From: Octopus bimaculoides
Lineage: Eukaryota
Direction of reading: 5' to 3'
Assembly: GCF_001194135.2 (NCBI RefSeq)
Contig: NC_068982.1
Coordinates: 136,223,456 to 136,263,734, forward strand
Length of the DNA stretch: 40,279 bases
The notes beneath the pieces were generated by a model. It was not told the DNA's origin. It saw nothing but the letters and a program-made list of their open reading frames with translations, and searched no databases. Numbering within the stretch: the first letter of the stretch is position 1; each line of letters begins with the position of its first letter. Positions 34,291 to 40,279 of this stretch are shown one piece after another. The translations under genes were made by a program, and so were the position numbers.

Positions 34291-35327
34291 ATATGATTGA
34301 ACATTTTATGAATGTTAGAGAAATATTAATGCCGTCATAAAAACTAACGGCATGAAGTTATACCGAATGTAATTCAATGCAATAAATCTACTTTGGTTCA
34401 TTTACTCTATGCTGAAAGTGAAAACATAGCCTAACATACCCTAGTTACTCAGAACCTTAGTCAAACATAGGATAAATATGCTGTTTAACCGTGTCATAAC
34501 TTGCATAAACGTTCCTTATTTTAATACGTATTAGTCAAATATACTGTTATGCAGAACTAAATACTATCTGGGTTAACATCATTCCTAATTTACTTTTTAC
34601 ACTATGAAGTTTTATGATATTCAGTGATGAGTACCAACATTTTTGGTAATAAATATCTTGAAATTTGCAGCCGAAATTTGGTTAGCCTCACAATAGCGTC
34701 ATGCGAAATATTTAAATACTGTTGTGGCATAAATCTTCATTGTAGTACGAAGTGGAAAATGGCAAACATGGACAAAAAATATTTCAAAACAATATCCGAT
34801 TGTTCTTAAAAGAAATTCTTTACGGAATTACTTATAGTTCCCTTGAAGAATGTGTAAATAAGATAGAAGCCGACAATTTCAACATTAACAAGGTAACATC
34901 TTAAATAACCGTGAACAATTAAAATGGTGCGGAATAATTAAGCGTTAATGAGCAAATAATCTAAGAATTCATGAGAATTTACTACGTACATTGTCTAAAA
35001 GGATGTCAGGATTTTATAATCGTGAACATATTGGTGCATTGTTGTTTAGAACTATACACATAGTCAGCTTTGCAACTTCTTAATAAAATTCCAGATATTC
35101 TTATAAGATAGCGGTGAGTGGGAATTCCTTCGAGTATATAACAACAAATAACATCTGGCTTTCAAAAATTAATAATCTGTGGTTGTTTCACAAATGGCAA
35201 TGTTATTGAAAGCGTCAACATTCAGTATAATGAAAATTTCAGAAATCTGATAACAGATGACCGTTATCAGATTCCTGAAATTTGGAGTTAGGCTGGAGGT
35301 CAAACCTGGCGTAGGAACAGTAGACGG

Positions 35328-35340
35328 AGAGAGAGAGAGA

Positions 35341-35412
<72 letters not shown>
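35328..35412. repeat. (GA)n microsatellite
   Basis: Direct inspection. Confidence 0.97.
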
Positions 35413-35414
<2 letters not shown>

Positions 35415-36480
35415 AGAGTAGAAGAAGAAAAGTGAAGGAGGAAAAAATAGGTGCCTTTATCGTTAAAAATATTGATTACTTTCTACCAATAACAAAACAA
35501 ATCTATGTAGCAATATTAGAAATCAACCAAGAGGTAGTAATGAGTCTAATTTTATCAACATCTAAGAGAGAATGCCAAATTGGAATACAATTAAAGTTGA
35601 ATTCAGAACGAAGTAGAATGTAAACAAAATCTATAATGTATTTATTATGGCACTTTATTGCGTCTATTGAATTACAATCCAAAGATACTGGAATATTCAG
35701 ACAGTAACAAACAACACTCTCGTGATTTCAGTTTTAGGTAGAAATTTCAAGGATACATACATACATATATACATGCATACATACATACATATATATANNN
35801 NNNNNNNNNNNNNNNNNNNNNNNNNTATATATATATATATATATATATATTACAGACAGAAAGAGTCAAACAGACAGACTGACAGACAGACACACACACA
35901 GTCACACAGACATTTTGCTTTTTCACGCAACTGAAGATTTATATATGCAGGTGTGTGTATGTGTGTACATACTTGTGTGTGTATGAGTTCTACTGAAGAT
36001 TTGGGATTTATCTTCTTTCTAAGATATCAGACATTTTGGGGGGACGTATATGGTAATCGCGGTAGTACGTATGACGTATATTATACAAAGACTACGCTTA
36101 CACATAGTTTTCCGACACTTTTAAATTTATCTAACCATTACTTCATTTATAATTAATATCTCCCAGATTCTGTCGAACACGTTATATAGCAGAATTCTAT
36201 TAACATATTAATTATCATTTTAATGCAGACATTATTGACATCTAATATTCAGTTTTGAGACCATTTAGCAAAATATCAAAAAAAGTAATTAAATCTTGAG
36301 TGAGGTTTGAGTCTGATTCACTGGGAAAATGTGAGGCCAAAATAAAATTAGAGACGAATGAGAAATAGAACCGAAACGAATATTCCGTGTACGTAATGTC
36401 CCCCAACCACGAACAATACAGTGCTGAAAGGGAACTATGGAATTCCTTTCGCTTTAACAGTTAACATAGTTATATTTACT

Positions 36481-36793
36481 TGTGAAGGCGTGTGGTTTAG
36501 CAGATGGCGCATTCGGCTCAACAATGGAAGGTTCAGAGTTCGCTTCCGGCGCGTAGTATTTTTGAGGAAGACATATCTGCCATTACTCAAGGCCGCTCAG
36601 CTAGCAAAAATGAGTTTTACCTGTAATTCAAAGGGCTAAATTTGTTACATTCTGTGTCATGCTGACTTCCCCAAAGAACTATGTTAAGGTTACGCGTGTC
36701 TGTGGAGTGTTCAGCCACCTGGATGTTAATCTCGAGTGCACACCGCTGATTGGATCAACTGGAACCTTTGTCGTCGTAAACGATGGGGGTGCC
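36481..36793 (+). mobile_element. SINE family C, full length with perfect 13-bp TSD
   Basis: tRNA-like head, CTCAGCTAGCAAAAATGAGTT and GGATCAACTGGAACC. TSD AGTTATATTTACT at 36468-36480 and 36794-36806. Confidence 0.9.
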
Positions 36794-37486
36794 AGTTATA
36801 TTTACTAATTGATGTGAAACAGTTAAAATAATTGTAGAATTCACCACAACATGAAATATAGTATCATTTGTTTGAGACAGGCTCAGAAAGGACATGTTCA
36901 AGCTGGATGGCAACAGCTCCGAACTGAAACGAAATTACCTTCAAACTAGATTCAAAACTGTATAAGAAGCTTGCACCGATGTAACTAACCACATGCTGAA
37001 AGATGAAAGTAATGCTTCAGCATGGAATATTGCTTCTACATTGAGTCTCTAAAAGTTCCTATTCTGTATGAAAACATAAAATGTGAAGCTGAGATATCAG
37101 CAATTTTGCAGCTGACATAGACTATGGATAACATAGAACTACGACTCGGATATCATTATTTGTTCCATAATTTTGTGTATGTATATTTGCTCAAAGATGG
37201 AGACACATTTCTATTAGTTGTAAAGGGATAATCTGATAGTTATATTTATTTGTTAAACTGCCATGTCAATGTGCTAATGAGTAAATTAAATAATTTATTA
37301 TAAGTGATTGCTCGAACGATTAGACATTTCCTCCAAATTTCCGTAAAATAATATTCTATCATCGTACAAAAATACACCCTGGACAATATGGTCTTAGATA
37401 TACTATGTGCAAAAACGGAGCAGTCACGGTTGGAGCGGCTTTCATATATTTGTAAGATTAATGATGATCTGAGGATCTTTATCAGG

Positions 37487-37690
37487 TTACTTGTTTCGTT
37501 TGTTGGATTGTGGCCGTGGTGGGGCACCGCTTGAAAGGTTTTAGTCAAACCAGTCAACTCCAGTATCTATTTGAAAGTCTGGTACTTATTTCATCGGTTT
37601 ATTTTGCCGAACCGCTAGTTTAACAGGGACGCCAACAAAAAAAAACAAAAAACATCGCCTATTAATTGGTACAACCACAAATACACACAT
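37487..37690 (-). mobile_element. Decayed SINE family A, 3' portion
   Basis: TTGTTTC...GTGGCCGTGGTGGGGCACCGC...GGTACTTATTTCATCGG...TTTGCCGAACCGCTA. Confidence 0.7.
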
Positions 37691-37699
37691 TGTGGTTAT

Positions 37700-38100
37700 A
37701 CAGTAAGAATCTCGCGTTACAAATATATGGTCGTGTTCAGTCACACTGCATGGCACCTTGTACTATATGAGCCATGGGCCGACAAAAGCCTTGAGTTTGG
37801 ATTTGGTCGACGTCGTATATATACAGACATATAATATAGATTTATATACACACGTAATACATATACGTGAAAATTTATGTGTGTCTGTGTATCTTTGTAT
37901 ATGTGTTCTTTGTGTTTGTCTTTGTCTATGAGAAGCGTTATGGGTTCTTACGTCCCCGTAACTTAGCATTTCGGCAAAATGTAGCGATGGAAATGTACAA
38001 ATCTTAAAAAAGAAATAAGTAATAGAGTTGATTTCTTCAACTGGATGAAGCCTTTGAGAGAATGCTCCAGCAAAGCCGCAATACAATGGCTCCAAAATAA
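37700..38100 (+). mobile_element. Decayed SINE family A
   Basis: GTTCAGTCACACTGCATGGCACCTTG...GGGCCGACAAAAGCCTTG...TTACGTCCCCGTAACTTAGC...TGCTCCAGCA. Confidence 0.75.
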
Positions 38101-38109
38101 TCAAAATAT

Positions 38110-38262
38110 AAAATCTACAAATACGGCAGGATTCCACACAGCTTCCGTCTACCAAATTTCCTAAGCGTGGCTATTGTAGAGGGCTCCTTCTGAAGGTCCC
38201 ACACACTGGGTTTAAGCACGAAACCGCGTTGTTGCGAAGTGAATATCTTAACTCTATAAGCA
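38110..38262 (-). mobile_element. Decayed SINE family A, 5' portion
   Basis: GCTTCCGTCTACCAAATT...GGCTATTGTAGA...GAAACCGCGTTGTTGCGAAGTGA. Confidence 0.6.
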
Positions 38263-39207
38263 TACGTGGCCCCTGTAGAGGAACAACAACAACAACAACA
38301 GCAAAAAAAATAAAATAAAGAAAAATACAGCAGTAAACTTCTCCAGTGATTTCATTCTACATAATCTATTGGAAGTCATTAACTGCACAGATATTCTGTA
38401 TTTATAAAATGTTTCTTTGTGTTTAGCATATGTTCATCCATATATATCAATTGTATCAGTTGTTTTATCATTAAAATGCCACCTACTGTTGTAATCAATA
38501 TTCATCTCTGTCGTAGCAAATAATTTACGCCGAAATGATATCAGTTTTATAGATATGCTTAAACATATGTCATAAAAGCTAGTAGCGTAATAAATGGATA
38601 TACTGTCAATACTAATCAACTAAACTAAACGTAAATGCATATTTCAATATATATGCAGTTTATGTGTTGAATAAAAAGAAACAGAAATCGTTTAACACCC
38701 ATACAATTAACAATAACACATCAATTCTCGATGGGACTACGTAGATTTTACGAATGCAAAAACGATAATTACAAACCATTTCCATATTTGTGATACATGT
38801 TCAGAAGCCGAAGAGAGTTGAATCAATATTGAGCGTATCTATTTTACATTAATCATTGGAACTAAGAAAGAATTAACTGATTCCTGCGTTCTGCCGATGC
38901 TTCGATTTAGTAATCACATTTGTGTTTACAAGCTTAGGTTACGGTTGCAGTTAGTAGATAATTTATCACCATCTACATACAGTTTTGTTACGTTCCTATA
39001 ATCACTATATATGAATATCTGATTTCATTTGATAGTAGTACGACTATTTTTAATTGGTAGAAGCACTTGGAAATCGTGTTAAATGCATTACGCTCTATAT
39101 TACATTACTTATACGTTATCGGATCTAATATCGCCAGAGGATTATTTTGCTAGTTATTCTTTCAATATTGATAAAATAATTATTAGTAATATATGCAAGT
39201 TATCAAT

Positions 39208-39370
39208 GAGTTGGCTGCAGAAAAGCTTAGCGGTTTTTCTATCTCCACTACGTTCTTAGTTCAAATTCCACCGAAGTCGGCTTCGCCTTTCAGCATTTAT
39301 TGTTCGATAAAATAAGTACCAGTTACACACTGGGGTCGATGTAATCTACCAGCCTGCTCCCTCGAAACAG
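39208..39370 (+). mobile_element. SINE family B
   Basis: GCTTAGCGG...AGTTCAAATTCCACCGAAGTCGGC...ATAAGTACCAGTT...CTGGGGTCGATGTAATC. Confidence 0.8.
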
Positions 39371-39483
39371 CAGACATGACACATATTCTAGAGAAAACTA
39401 TAGGTGCCAGTTATTCTAGTATCAATGAACCTTCTATACCAAGATCAACACCAACAGTATAATAATAATCCTTTCTATTGGAA

Positions 39484-39682
39484 GCACAAGGCTTCAAATT
39501 TGTAGGAAGGAGGCTGCTAGATTACATCGACCGCAGTGCGTAACTGATATTTATTTTATCGACCGCAAAAGTATGAAATACAGAGTCGACCTCGGCGGAT
39601 TTGAAATTAGAACGTAAGGACGGACGATATGCCGCTATGGAATTTGCCCGACGTGCTAAGCATTCTGTCAGTGCGCCACCTC
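39484..39682 (-). mobile_element. SINE family B
   Basis: GCACAAGGC...GATTACATCGACC...GTCGACCTCGGCGGATTTGAA...GTGCTAAGCATTCTGTCAG. Confidence 0.82.
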
Positions 39683-39684
39683 AG

Positions 39685-40077
39685 TTGTTTGACCTTAACC
39701 AGTTGAGCATGACCCTTAATGGCTGACGATATATGCATCTCTGATCACAAGCAGAAGTAGTGGGGGAGCATCATAGCCATGTGTTGAGAGGAATTCTTTG
39801 GGGTTTAAATAATTCACCTCTGGAAATATGGATGTTTCCATCAACATCCTTAAACAGCCCTTATTTAAGGACCATTTGAACGGGATGGGCTACTCGACCT
39901 GAAGAAAATTCTAACTGGGCCCCACCTGCGATGTCATACGCTGTTTATCTTGATATGAGATCACCATGTCGCGCACATATGGTTGTAATGCATGTGCCTG
40001 GTGTACCCTTATCAGACAGGTAGTCATGATGGGTATACTGGGCTTCGTATATTTTACCCCAGTGTCACTTTGTTGGC
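39685..40077. repeat. Probable unclassified interspersed repeat
   Basis: GC-richer non-coding block sharply bounded by a SINE and the RT fragment. It resembles a repeat I recall from octopus genomes, but there is no second copy in this window. Confidence 0.35.
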
Positions 40078-40279
40078 CTGTTCCAGAAGAGCAGAAGGGA
40101 TGCTGCAAGGGCTCATACGGCTGTAAAGATCAATTATTGATCAATAAAGCCATAACTGAAGACAGCCGCAGAAAGAAGAAAGGCCTCAGTATGGCCTGGG
40201 TGGACTATCAAAAGGCTTTCGACAGTGTTCCCCACACGTGGATTCTGGAAACACAAGCCATAAACAAGGTGGCACCAAT
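40078..40279 (+). mobile_element. Non-LTR retrotransposon RT fragment, R4/Dong/NeSL-like (RLE class); runs off the window
   Basis: Stop-free frame from 40083: PEEQKGCCKGSYGCKDQLLINKAITEDSRRKKKGLSMAWVDYQKAFDSVPHTWILETQAINKVAP. EQKGC..G..GCKDQL and AW.DY.KAFDSVPH.WI are typical of that group. Confidence 0.88.

Noticed and set aside
34600-35060. Possible ancient Tc1 transposase (IFSDE, NMDKKYFKTI)
   Set aside because: Motifs are too short and scattered across frames to call without an HMM search.

Overview
AT-rich eukaryotic (animal) genomic scaffold with nine N-gaps and dense microsatellites. The SINE families look like octopus repeats, so a coleoid cephalopod source is inferred from recall, not from a search. 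I recognise no host protein-coding exon, rRNA, true tRNA gene or CRISPR array; most ORFs in the supplied track are microsatellite, gap or antisense-repeat artefacts. The window is intronic or intergenic and layered with transposon relics. These include three tRNA-headed SINE families (labelled A, B and C here), a Penelope-like (PLE) reverse transcriptase remnant, a CR1/L2-type LINE 3' end, and a BovB-like RTE LINE split into oppositely oriented halves with three C2H2-like fingers at its C-terminus. There is also an R4/Dong-like RT running off the right edge, a deleted DD37D/maT-like transposon, decayed mariner pieces and a TA-flanked MITE. The most interesting signal is a dispersed set of short PLE-terminus-like units carrying minimal type-I hammerhead ribozyme architecture (7196, 8873, 10099, 14993, 4234, 32942). 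One pair shows compensatory stem-I change and one unit lies directly downstream of the PLE RT. Two inverted-repeat structures (a 546-bp foldback and a 121-bp palindrome) are built from such units. All alignments and translations were done by eye and need computational confirmation.
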